A stretch of 64,000 bases of DNA from Oligoflexia bacterium (GCA_043732485.1 JAYTHP010000175.1:63-64062), one strand, 5' to 3'; positions 27,806 to 37,403 are shown, counted from the first letter of the stretch. Program-made: numbers and translations. Notes: generated by a model not told the origin, from the sequence alone.

Positions 27806-29683
27806 GTGAAAAAGCTCATGAAAGTGCCTGCAGCCTCGCCACCCACCCTTACCCTCCACCACCCAGCCCACCCCTCAAAAACAAGACTCGCGCAGGCCTT
27901 AAAATTGCAAAAAGAGATCTATCGCGGCTTACAGCTAGAAATTGAAGAGCTGCTTGGCCCCACCCCTCAGGCCATTGCCCGTTATGCAAGGGAAAATGCC
28001 CGTGACTTTCGGCGGCTGCCGCCTTCCTCTTCTTCTTCTCGGCTTCGGGCTCGGCTTCAAGCTCAGTGTCAAGCGCAAACCCACCCCCCCCTGTCTTACG
28101 CTCGCGTACTTGAGGAGCTGCAGGCAAAGGAGGTGATCTTTATTGGCGATTTTCACGCCTTTCAGCAGTCGCAAAAAACCGCTTTGCGCTTACTGAAAGA
28201 TCTGTCGCTGACCCGAAAGCCCACGGCCATCGGCTTAGAGTTTCTGGGCAGTCAGTTTCAAGCGGCCTTAGAGGACTACCAACACGATCGCTGCTCGCTG
28301 ACTGAATTTTTAACCTTGATCGATTACCAGGAAAACTGGGGATTTCCCTACGCCTACTACGAGCCCCTGATCACTTGGGCCAAGCAGCAAGACATTAGGC
28401 TTGTGGCCTTAAACATGCCCCATGCCCCCGCACGCACAGAGACCGACTTACGAGCGAGAGACCAATGGGCTGCGAAGATCATTACCCACGAGCTCACCCC
28501 AAAGCAACTCGTCCGCACCCAGGCTAACCAGCCGCCGCCGCACCCTCACCACGAGCAGTCCCTCCTCCACCCACTTCATTCCATCCCGATGATCGTCTTG
28601 TATGGGAGCCTGCACGTTGGCTCTGCCCATCTCCCGAAACACTTAACGCAGATCTCCAAAAAACTCCTGAAACGCCCGCTCTCTTGGGCCTCCGTCCACC
28701 AAGACGTTGACTCTTTGTACTGGAAATTAGCCGCACACGGGCTTGAACTCTCCACTGAAGCCTTACAACTCAAAAGCAACGTTTTTGCGCTCTTCCCCTA
28801 CTCCCCCAACGCCAAACTGCACGCCTTAGTGCGCTGGCTAGAAAATAGCGCGTCTGAGGTTGATCCCCAGTTTCTTAGCGACTCCTTCTCGGAAACCGAC
28901 TTTCCCTCCTGGGTGCGCGAGCTTGCCATCAGGCTAGCCAGCTTCTTTGGCTGCCCCCCGCCCTCACTCGATCCACCCACCCTCTATACTTGGGAAAACG
29001 ATAAGACCCTCGATCTACAACACGGAGGCAACCCTCCCACGCGCCTGACCCAAGTGCAAAACCGCGTCATTCGCTTTGCCGTGCGCCACCAGCACACCTT
29101 GAACCTGCCTTTTGCAGGCGTGGGTTATCTTGCCTCAGGCTCTCTCAACCGGGTCGCTGAAATGGCAGCCTTGCACCTCTTTCACAGCCTGCACCCCCAA
29201 CTCCTGCAATCGCAAGCCCTCTCCCTCAGTTTTCACTTCCAGCTGCTCGCCAGAACCTTAGGCTATCTCGGTAGCCTCATGATGAACCCCAAGCGCAAGC
29301 TCGAACCGCCCGGGCATAACCAAGAGCGGTTGCTGGCACTAAAGACAAAAAAGACCCGGCCACTTTTCGTGCGAGAAGCGATGATCAGAGGCCACATGCA
29401 CCGTCTACTCAGTGGCAAGCCTCGCGCAAACACCCCTCCCCAGCGCCGCGGACGCCGCCGCCCCGTCAGCCTCACCCACTGGGAGGTAGCCAGACGGCTT
29501 GGAGCGACACTCGCACAAGACTTGTACCATCAGCTGCGACACGATCAGCTGCCGCAAAACGCCCTCGCTCAGCTGTTCTTTGCACCCCTGACACCCGCTA
29601 AGCTTGAAGCGCGCGCCCAGAAGCTGCTGGAGTTTGCAGCGGCGCCTGCCAACAACAACGCCGGGCCTACCACCACTTTCTGA
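27806..29683 (+). CDS. ChaN/Tiki-superfamily (haem-binding-uptake-like) domain protein with long C-terminal extension
   Basis: 625 aa with a GTG start. KEVIFIGDFHAFQQSQKTALRLLKDL...AIGLEFLGSQFQAALEDYQ...WGFPYAYYEPLITWAKQQDIRLVALNMP matches the ChaN pattern (GExH...GlEmf...Ld.y...W.f....Y.pl..fA.....l.a.N.P). Confidence 0.65.
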   Translation: MKKLMKVPAASPPTLTLHHPAHPSKTRLAQALKLQKEIYRGLQLEIEELLGPTPQAIARYARENARDFRRLPPSSSSSRLRARLQAQCQAQTHPPLSYARVLEELQAKEVIFIGDFHAFQQSQKTALRLLKDLSLTRKPTAIGLEFLGSQFQAALEDYQHDRCSLTEFLTLIDYQENWGFPYAYYEPLITWAKQQDIRLVALNMPHAPARTETDLRARDQWAAKIITHELTPKQLVRTQANQPPPHPHHEQSLLHPLHSIPMIVLYGSLHVGSAHLPKHLTQISKKLLKRPLSWASVHQDVDSLYWKLAAHGLELSTEALQLKSNVFALFPYSPNAKLHALVRWLENSASEVDPQFLSDSFSETDFPSWVRELAIRLASFFGCPPPSLDPPTLYTWENDKTLDLQHGGNPPTRLTQVQNRVIRFAVRHQHTLNLPFAGVGYLASGSLNRVAEMAALHLFHSLHPQLLQSQALSLSFHFQLLARTLGYLGSLMMNPKRKLEPPGHNQERLLALKTKKTRPLFVREAMIRGHMHRLLSGKPRANTPPQRRGRRRPVSLTHWEVARRLGATLAQDLYHQLRHDQLPQNALAQLFFAPLTPAKLEARAQKLLEFAAAPANNNAGPTTTF

Positions 29684-29720
29684 AATCCCACTGGGGGGAT
29701 AGGCTAAGCCGAGAGCGGAT

Positions 29721-30826
29721 CAAAAATGCAAGGCGCACCCTGGCGCTGCGGCCCTGAGCTCAGCTTGGACGGCAGAAGAAAGCCGCTTTTCGTAGGCGCC
29801 CACGCTCAACCACACGAGAGCGTGCGGACGACTTTGCTGCAAAACCTTGGCACATTCTCTTGCCCCCGCGTCCCCCATCTTGGTGCCAAACAGAATCAAT
29901 TTCTTAAGACAAGGGCTCTCTCTTGTCGCTGCTGCCCCCTCAAACCCTATCCGATAGCAGTTGCCACGTCATCCAACATCAAGTTGCAGGCCAACTGCAA
30001 GGAGGTGCGGCGATTGTTTGTACTCCCCAGCGCCCTGCCGATGGCTATGGCAGCTCCTGGCCCGAGAGAGTTGCTCCCAAGATCGCAAGAAATGAGAGCA
30101 TTGTGTAGGCTCGCTAACGCCGGCGCGATTACCGCGACCCCAACGTCGCCAAGCTCGTTACGCTCGAGATCCAAGCAGGTGAGGCCATTGTGCTTGCTCT
30201 CCAGCGCTGCCGCAATGTCGCTTGCACCCTCCCTGCCAATCTTGTTTGACGCTAAATTCAACGAGGTGAGCCGGCTGCGCGGGCTTGCTGCCGCCCGCGT
30301 GAGGGCTGTTACCCCGGCCTTACCTAGAGCAGTGCACCTCAAGTTGAGAGCGCTGAGGCGATTGTGCCTGCTGACTAAGGCCTCAGTAAGGACTCTGGCG
30401 GGTTGCCCCACAAAACTAAAACGATGAGGCGATTGTTCTCGCTCCCCGACGCCTGCGCAATGACTCCGACACCCTCCACGCCAATACGGTTGCCACCCAA
30501 AGCCAACGAGCTGAGGAAGACAGGGTATGCGCCACTACCACCAGGGCCCTCCAACGCCTGCGCGATGACTCTGGCGCCCCCGTCCCCCAAATCTCTCTAG
30601 CCCCCTCCGCGCCAATCTTGTTGAACCCCAGCCTCAACGCGCTAAGTCGTGCGAGGTGATTGAAGCTTCTCAAGGCCCGGGCGAGGTCTCTTGCACCCTC
30701 GTCTCCTAGCTCAAATCGCCTCAAATTAAGCTCAATCTCTTGTGTCCGCGGTAGTTGCTGCAGCAATCCCTTGTCCAGTGACCCGATGCAAAAACTGAAT
30801 CGAGACTCGCTTAAAATCCCTAGCAA
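29721..30826 (-). pseudogene. Ribonuclease-inhibitor-type leucine-rich-repeat (LRR_RI) gene, broken into four reading frames
   Basis: 28-aa repeats of the form L..L.L..N.IG.EGA..LA.AL are readable in ORFs 30416..30826, 30375..30590 and 29947..30411, and in a fourth frame down to a TGA at 29721 (KKLILFGTKMGDAGARECAKVL). The frame junctions fall where part of a repeat unit is missing. Confidence 0.7.
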
Positions 30827-31082
30827 CCAGAGACCCTAGGCAAAGCGCTCATTTCCGGAACATCGTAAAAGTACAGTTTTAGGGCCTTCGACCTATATAG
30901 GGCAGCTTGAGAGACCTACCGGGCCTTGGATTGCACTAAGTACACTCAAGCCAGTGACAGCCCGGAGGAGAGTGCCCTTTCAGGGGGGTTCGTGCCAAAA
31001 ACCGTGGATCAGTCATTTGCCGGAACCTCGCTCAGCTGATCCCGACTCTGTCGCCACCTCTCCTGGACTGCCTCTCGACTGG

Positions 31083-31337
31083 TCAGCAGTCTGAAGCCAG
31101 CCTGAGGTAAGCCGCAGGGTCCAGCGCTAGTCGAATCTAGCGCAGGATCTCCGGAGGTAACTCGGTGAGAAGGAAACAATTCACATCAGCCCTCAGCGAG
31201 GCTGAGGCGGTGACGGGCTGAAGGGTTGACTCCTTGGAAACGCAAGCTCCCCCAAGGGTGGATCTTTCAAAAAAGAGCCCAAGGGGGAGGAGGTGAAGCA
31301 GCAGGAAACAGAGAACTCTTTTCTCAGGGTGCGTCAT
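31083..31337 (-). pseudogene. Possible F-box-like N-terminal fragment belonging to the LRR gene
   Basis: The minus-strand reading is LTELPPEILR-TAG-IRLALDPAAYLRLASDC-TGA, compared with the F-box consensus LPdEiL..I...Ldp.dLlrLr.V. It is interrupted by two in-frame stops. A shifted frame a few codons on reads AVQERWRQSRDQL. Confidence 0.3.
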
Positions 31338-31377
31338 CAGACTGCTTCAGACTATCTCGGCCTGCGGGGTGGTGTCA

Positions 31378-33078
31378 TTAATCCTTCAGATTCAAGACCA
31401 CCACGGCAAAACCTTCCAGGCCGCCTGCCACTTCCCGGCGGATGCGAATCAAGTAATTCTTCTTTAATTTCACAATCGCAAAGAACTCCTCAAGGTTTTT
31501 CACCTTCTTTTGATCCACATCGACAATCAGATCGCCTGACAAGAAACCCGAGCGCGCCGCAGGACCACCTTCGGCCACTTCTAGCACCACGACGCCCTTA
31601 TCCGCCACCGACAACCCAAGCTGTTGCGCCAATTCTGGCGTAAGATTCTCCAAGTGCATGCCCGTGTCAATCTCAGCGGTGGGCTTAGTCTTCTTGCGAT
31701 CGACTTCAGCCACTGCGCCGTTCGGCCTTTGCGCAATCTTGATCTGCACGGTTTTTGCTTTCCCCCCGCGCAAGACCTTCATCGCCACCGTCTCACCCAC
31801 CGCAACGGACGTCACGGCCACCACCAACTCATTAGAAGAGTGGACCGTCTTGCCGTTGAACTCGAGAATAATGTCATACTCTTGCACGCCCGCAAGATCA
31901 GCAGGCTGCCCCGGGTAGACATGATTGACGTAGGCTGCTTTTAAGTCATTGGGCGCGCCTAATTGCGTACTCACTTCCGGGGTCAACTGATCGACTCCCA
32001 CCCCGATAAAGCCCCGAGCCACGCTGCCTTTTTCCCGTAATTGCGGCAAGATCGCCTTGACCGCTTTGGCCGGAATGGCAAAACCAATACCGTGCGCCCT
32101 AGCGTCAATCGCGTTATTAATCCCCACCACCAGACCTTTTAAATTCACCAAAGGGCCACCGGAATTACCAGGATTAATCGGCGCATCGGTCTGCAAGTAG
32201 GTGCTGTAATTGTTCATGACAAAATCAGGCAACAAACGTCCCTTGCCCGAGATAATCCCGTGGGTCACCGAATGACCCTGACCAAAGGGGTTTCCCACCG
32301 CAATGACGTATTCTCCGACTTCCAGCCCATCGGAGTCTCCCAGCGCAAGCGCCACGAGCGGCCTAGTGGTTTTCACTTGAATCAGCGCCACGTCGAGTTC
32401 CGCGTCGCGTCCCACCACCAGTCCCGTGGTAGGCTTTTCTGACGGGTCTTCCGTGAAACTAACGTTAATTTCATCCGCTTTCTCAATCACGTGGTAATTG
32501 GTCAAAATCAAGCCCGAAGCATCAATAATAAAGCCCGTTCCTAAAGCCATAGCTTTGGGTATCGCAGGTACCGAGTCTTGCGGCTGACCCTGACCACGGC
32601 GCCTTGGATGCTGCCAAGGGTGAATGCCTCCTCCGCCATGCCCGGGAATGTTGCCAAAGAAATCTTCAAAAAACCTGCGCAGCGGATCCCCCGACTCACC
32701 GTGCGGACCGACCGGCATTTTCATCAAGGAAGCAGTTGAGATGTTGACCACAGAAGGAACGATTTTTTTTGCTAATTCCGCAAAAATATTAGGGTTACTC
32801 TCTAAGGTTTTATTCCCTTCTACGGTTGCAGCCTTACGGCCAGCTGCTGCTGCCTCGTCCTCAAGCTTTGGGTCATCAGAAGAAGAAGAGGGCGCGGTCG
32901 CCTGATTCAGAGGCGCCGTGGGAATTGCGCCCTGAAATGAACAGCACGTTTGCATGACTCCGTTTAACGCCACAGCCAGGGTTGCCAGAACCGGGATCCA
33001 AACGGCCTTCTCAAAAAGACTTCGAGTCACAGCTTGGACGTGCTTTTCTTGTCGATCACCTTTTTTTTGTAAGTTCAC
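31378..33078 (-). CDS. htrA: Periplasmic serine endoprotease DegP/HtrA (two PDZ domains)
   Basis: The catalytic blocks TNYHVIEKA, DVALIQV and GNSGGPLVN are present, followed by two PDZ-like regions. The N-terminal TM/signal segment is AVWIPVLATLAVALNG. Confidence 0.9.
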   Translation of the reverse strand: MNLQKKGDRQEKHVQAVTRSLFEKAVWIPVLATLAVALNGVMQTCCSFQGAIPTAPLNQATAPSSSSDDPKLEDEAAAAGRKAATVEGNKTLESNPNIFAELAKKIVPSVVNISTASLMKMPVGPHGESGDPLRRFFEDFFGNIPGHGGGGIHPWQHPRRRGQGQPQDSVPAIPKAMALGTGFIIDASGLILTNYHVIEKADEINVSFTEDPSEKPTTGLVVGRDAELDVALIQVKTTRPLVALALGDSDGLEVGEYVIAVGNPFGQGHSVTHGIISGKGRLLPDFVMNNYSTYLQTDAPINPGNSGGPLVNLKGLVVGINNAIDARAHGIGFAIPAKAVKAILPQLREKGSVARGFIGVGVDQLTPEVSTQLGAPNDLKAAYVNHVYPGQPADLAGVQEYDIILEFNGKTVHSSNELVVAVTSVAVGETVAMKVLRGGKAKTVQIKIAQRPNGAVAEVDRKKTKPTAEIDTGMHLENLTPELAQQLGLSVADKGVVVLEVAEGGPAARSGFLSGDLIVDVDQKKVKNLEEFFAIVKLKKNYLIRIRREVAGGLEGFAVVVLNLKD

Positions 33079-33687
33079 TGTTTCACTCCTTTTCTTGACT
33101 GGTTTTTTTCAAGTCGTTTTTCTTCCGCTTACGCTTTTCAGGGCCATACGATACGACACCCTGACATTCCCCTCTTTAGGTGGCACCGGCCGACCGGCCC
33201 CCACCAAGCAACCGTCTGTCCGCCACCACCCCCGCCTGCTCCAGACAGGCGCAAGGCACTCCCAGGCCAACTCCGCGCCTGAGACCCAGGGGGACCTGCC
33301 ACTCATTGTCTTAAAAAAAACTAAATTGTCAAGTTTTTCAATTTTTTAACGCCGCGCCCCCCGCTTCAAAGGCGGCGTGCCCTGGCAAGGGCATGGCTGA
33401 ACCTAAGGTACGCAATGAGAATTGGCCTGCTACCGCGTCACGCGCCCCCCCGGGGCGCAAAAAACGCAAGAAGTCGTGGTGCAATGAAGGACAAGTGAGG
33501 ATCACGAAATGCACTGACACGCTGCACTCCTTTAAGTTTGCGCCTTAACCCCTCTCAGACCCAAGCCTGAGACTCATTTTTCCTGAAATAGGGGGAGCAC
33601 CCTTCCTGGGAGCCCGCTTCAGAGAATTTTCTCTCGAGAGCTTGCCCTCAGAATCCACCAGCAGGTTCGCAACCCGCCGGGGCCTGC

Positions 33688-34017
33688 TTAAGGCGATTCG
33701 CTTTTAGCGAGCAAGCTTTCCACGGCAGCAGCCTGCGCCTCATTGACGGCCTCTTTGAGGACTTGGGAAGGCTTGAAGGTTAAAACGCGACGGGCTTTAA
33801 TTTCAATCGTTTCCCCGGTTTGCGGATTTCTTCCGGTTCGAGCTCGCTTCTCGCGCACCACGAAGTTGCCAAAGCCCGAGAGTTTGATCTTCTCACCTGA
33901 AGCCAATTTCGACTTCAGGACGTCAAACACCTTTTCGACCAGTTCAACGGCTTCTTTTTTTGAAAATCCAATTTTCTGATACAAAGACTCTACCAAGTCT
34001 GCTTTCGTCATCGCCAC
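33688..34017 (-). CDS. ihfA: Integration host factor subunit alpha / HU-family DNA-binding protein
   Basis: MTKADLVESLYQKIGFSKKEAVELVE...GFGNFVVREKRARTGRNPQTGETIEIKARRVLTFKPS. The position directly downstream of pheST matches the proteobacterial arrangement. Confidence 0.85.
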   Translation of the reverse strand: MAMTKADLVESLYQKIGFSKKEAVELVEKVFDVLKSKLASGEKIKLSGFGNFVVREKRARTGRNPQTGETIEIKARRVLTFKPSQVLKEAVNEAQAAAVESLLAKSESP

Positions 34018-34495
34018 AATCTAGCCTCATTTTCTTTCTTTGATGATCGTTTGGATCTAAGTCTAGGCCTAGGTCTGGATCGAGGCCTAAATCTCATCGA
34101 TTCATTTCAGTTTTAGGTCCGCTGCCAAACTTCACCCAGTTATTTTTCCTACACCGCTTAAACCTACTTGTCGGGTCTGCGGGAACACACCGACTCAGTC
34201 GCTTGCCACTTGTTTACGTTCCGGCTCCCCTACTCTTTTTCTGGACTTAGGCGCACTGACCCGTTTTTTTCCGTTCACTTTTAGCCACGGCCACTCGCGC
34301 TTGCATCTCACCTATCACACGCTTCAAGCCACCCTGCACTTCAAGCCACCGCGTTTCTTATTGGATCATTTTTTGAGCTTTTTTTCATTTTTTTTCAGCC
34401 CTCTCCCACAAAAAAAGGCCTCAATCGCCCAAGACCGCGGCGCCCAACCTGCCGCAGAGCCGACCTGAAACGCTCACACCTTCCCGACAGCGAGA

Positions 34496-37384
34496 CTAAC
34501 GCAGCTCGGCCCCACACTCTTGCCGCCAGCGCTTGACGATCTGCTCAGACAGTTGACTCACCTCAGCCTCAAGCAAACTGCGCGAAGGCGCAGCAAACTG
34601 CAGCCGCAAGGCCAGACTTTTTTGCCCTTCTGCAATCTGGCTGCCCTGATAAATATCAAAAATCTGGGCACTTTTCACCAGCGGCTTACCCACCTTGAGC
34701 GCCAGCTGACACAACTTCTCAGCCGGCAGATGAACAGGTACCAGCAAGGCAAAGTCACGCTCCATCGAGGGGAACTCCGACCACGGCTGAAAAATTCTTG
34801 GTTTTAAGGCTTTTTGCGCAAATCCCGCAAGCCCGTCCCAATCCAACTCGCCTAAAAAAAGTGGAATTTTTAATTTCAACTTAAACGCAAGCAAAGGATG
34901 AATCAAACCTAAAAAACCAAGCGTGGTGGAGCCAAGACTGAAGGAGGCCAATTGCCCGGGATGGCAAAATTGCTGACCCAGGTGCTGACCCAAGTGCCGT
35001 GAGACTTGCTCGCTTGACTGCCCGCCGCTCCACTCCATCTTCACCGCCCCCTTCACCCGCAAGTCCTGGAAAAGGGTTTCCACCACCACTCGCAGATCCT
35101 CAAAGCGACTTTCTCCACGCTGGATACGCAAGCCTTGCGCAAACTGTGGCCCCGCTAGCACGAAAGCCAAGCGCTGGCGCTGAGCAATCCCGGTCTCAGC
35201 GCGTCTCAAGTCAGGGGCGTCGCCTGCTTTTTCCAGCTCTTTTTGAGCACTAGCCACCGTCTTCGCTAAACTAAAGGTGGGACGCAACTCGAAAAGACGA
35301 ATCCCCAGCGGCTCACTGCCAAAATGATGCCGCACGTGATGCATGGCCGTGTGTAATAACCCCGGTAACAGGCTCGGCGCCATCCATTCTTGCTCCTCAC
35401 TTAAGGGGTTTTGAATGCGAACCTCAGCCGGGATTTGAAACTTCTTTAAATCCGCTGAACTCAAAAACGGCAGGTGCACCGTTTCGTAAAAACCGCTTTT
35501 CACCAAGGATTCCTTAGCCAGGCGCTCTAAGGCCACCTCACCGCTGCAGCCGCCTTGGAGAACACTATGGGGCGTCTGCCACCCCGGCAAAGTGGCAGGC
35601 AATCGCTCGTAACCCACCGCCCGGATCACTTCTTCCGCTAAATCCACCGCAAGCCGCAAATCAGCGCGGTGGGAAGGCGGCAACACCCGCCAGACTCGCG
35701 CCGCGCTCCCTATCGTCGTTGCAGCCCGAACAGACACTTCACCGACCTCTCCGACCTCGCAGCCTTGTCGTTGTAAAATCTCCCGACAATCGGAGACGCT
35801 GAGACTGACGCTAGCAGTAGCAGCCTCCTCCTCCTCCTCCTCCTGCTGCTGCTGCTGCTGTGACGCGCCGGACGGAGCAGAATCATCCCGGTTGGACGCA
35901 AAACCCAAGAACCGCTGAAAAAATTCCACCTCACACTCAATGGCAACTTGGGGCGCAGCACACGGCGCCACCCACCGCTTCAGCGGGCCAACCACCCGGC
36001 CACCCGTCAGTGCAATGAGCAAATGCACCAAACGCTCCAGACTGGGCAGCACCCCGGCCGGATCCACTCCTCTTTCAAAGCGCAAGGAGGCCTCAGTCTT
36101 CACACCTACACTCCGGCTACTCCGGCGCACCGCTTGCGGCAGGAACTGTGCACACTCCAACCACAACGTTTGCGTCTGCTCACTGACTGCCGAGGTCACC
36201 CCACCCATCACCCCCGCTAAACTTAAGACCTGAGTCTGATCGACCACCAAGAGCTCGCCGCCACGACACTTGCATTCAGTACCCTCTAACAGACTCACCT
36301 GCTCGCCTAAAGACGCCAGCCTCACCTGCACCTTTCCTTGAATTTTTGCCAAGTCATAAGCATGCGTCGGCTGACCGGTATCCCGCATCAACCACTGGGT
36401 GGCATCCACCACGTTATTGATCGACTTCACCCCGACGCGCTCTAGATCGCGCACCAACCAGGCAGGCGAAGGCCCGACTCGAACCGCTTCCATGGCCAGC
36501 GCAAAAAACTGCAATACCGAGCGAGTCGCCTCGCCGCTAGACTCGCCGTTCGCCTCTCCCGTGACCTCTTCGGTCTGGGTCTCCCAGCTAAAATCCTCCG
36601 TTTCCCTCGCGCTTGGAGCGTCCGGAAAAGGAGTTTTGAGCGACACCCCGCGCAGCATCGCCGCAAGCTCGCGCGCGATCCCCAAGTGACTCAGGCAGTC
36701 ACCGCGATTCGGCGTCGGCTTCACCTCAAAAACCACCTCCTCTAACTCCAACACTACCGCAAGCGGGAGGGCAAGCGGGGTCTGCGGCGGTAAAAGCAGA
36801 ATCCCAGGCCCGGGGTTGGCAGCAGGCGCTCCCCCGCTTTCAAGCGCGGGCTGCTGCAGCTGCTGCAACACCTGGTCCGTGAGACCCAGCTCTTGCAAGG
36901 AACAAAGCATCCCCTGAGAAACCATCCCACGAATGGTGCTTTGCTGGATGGCAAGCCCGTTAGGCAGTTTTGCCCCAATTTTGGCCAAGGCCACACGGTC
37001 GCCCACCTTCATGTTCTGGGCGCCACAAACAATCTGATAACTCTGATCGGCTTGCACCGTGCACAGACTTAAGCGATCGGCTTGAGGATGAGGCTTTTTC
37101 TCCTGGATCTCAGCCACCACCACCTGCTCCAAACCCTCACTCAACACCCGAAAGCTTTCCACTTCGATGCCGCCTTGGGTCAGCAAAGCCGTAATTTTCT
37201 CAGCCAAGACCTGCAGCCCAATAGGCGCGTCTCCTGGCTCGTCGACTAGCCTGTCAACTGGCATGGCTAGAGGTGTCACGGCTCCAAGTAAGCCGACCTT
37301 TAAACTTGGCACACTGGGCTTTGTACTTTTTTCGAGCGACGAGAGATCGACCCACTTCTTAAGCCAGTTCAGTGAAACCTGCAT
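34496..37384 (-). CDS. pheT: Phenylalanine--tRNA ligase beta subunit (expanded, 962 aa)
   Basis: MQVSLNWLKKWVDL, the tRNA-binding block HPQADRLSLCTVQ...IVCGAQN and the B3/4, B5 and C-terminal blocks are all present. Several low-complexity insertions are also present. Confidence 0.95.
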   Translation of the reverse strand: MQVSLNWLKKWVDLSSLEKSTKPSVPSLKVGLLGAVTPLAMPVDRLVDEPGDAPIGLQVLAEKITALLTQGGIEVESFRVLSEGLEQVVVAEIQEKKPHPQADRLSLCTVQADQSYQIVCGAQNMKVGDRVALAKIGAKLPNGLAIQQSTIRGMVSQGMLCSLQELGLTDQVLQQLQQPALESGGAPAANPGPGILLLPPQTPLALPLAVVLELEEVVFEVKPTPNRGDCLSHLGIARELAAMLRGVSLKTPFPDAPSARETEDFSWETQTEEVTGEANGESSGEATRSVLQFFALAMEAVRVGPSPAWLVRDLERVGVKSINNVVDATQWLMRDTGQPTHAYDLAKIQGKVQVRLASLGEQVSLLEGTECKCRGGELLVVDQTQVLSLAGVMGGVTSAVSEQTQTLWLECAQFLPQAVRRSSRSVGVKTEASLRFERGVDPAGVLPSLERLVHLLIALTGGRVVGPLKRWVAPCAAPQVAIECEVEFFQRFLGFASNRDDSAPSGASQQQQQQEEEEEEAATASVSLSVSDCREILQRQGCEVGEVGEVSVRAATTIGSAARVWRVLPPSHRADLRLAVDLAEEVIRAVGYERLPATLPGWQTPHSVLQGGCSGEVALERLAKESLVKSGFYETVHLPFLSSADLKKFQIPAEVRIQNPLSEEQEWMAPSLLPGLLHTAMHHVRHHFGSEPLGIRLFELRPTFSLAKTVASAQKELEKAGDAPDLRRAETGIAQRQRLAFVLAGPQFAQGLRIQRGESRFEDLRVVVETLFQDLRVKGAVKMEWSGGQSSEQVSRHLGQHLGQQFCHPGQLASFSLGSTTLGFLGLIHPLLAFKLKLKIPLFLGELDWDGLAGFAQKALKPRIFQPWSEFPSMERDFALLVPVHLPAEKLCQLALKVGKPLVKSAQIFDIYQGSQIAEGQKSLALRLQFAAPSRSLLEAEVSQLSEQIVKRWRQECGAELR
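35825..35860. repeat. (CTC)6(CTG)6 trinucleotide repeat inside pheT, encoding Q6E6 on the minus strand
   Basis: Read directly from the sequence. The minus-strand reading is (CAG)6(GAG)6, giving SQQQQQQEEEEEEAA. Confidence 0.95.
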
Positions 37385-37403
37385 GTGTTGGTATTGCCTT
37401 TTT

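Noticed and set aside
29726-30427. 233-aa + strand ORF (and 29923..30108, 30403..30600) overlapping the LRR region
   Set aside because: These ORFs are antisense to clearly periodic LRR coding sense on the minus strand. Their sequence is Ala/Arg/Leu/Pro-rich shadow composition with no motif.
18318-31377. Interpreting the island as a prophage, ICE or transposon
   Set aside because: No integrase, transposase, phage structural or conjugation gene was recognised. No flanking tRNA and no terminal direct or inverted repeats were seen.
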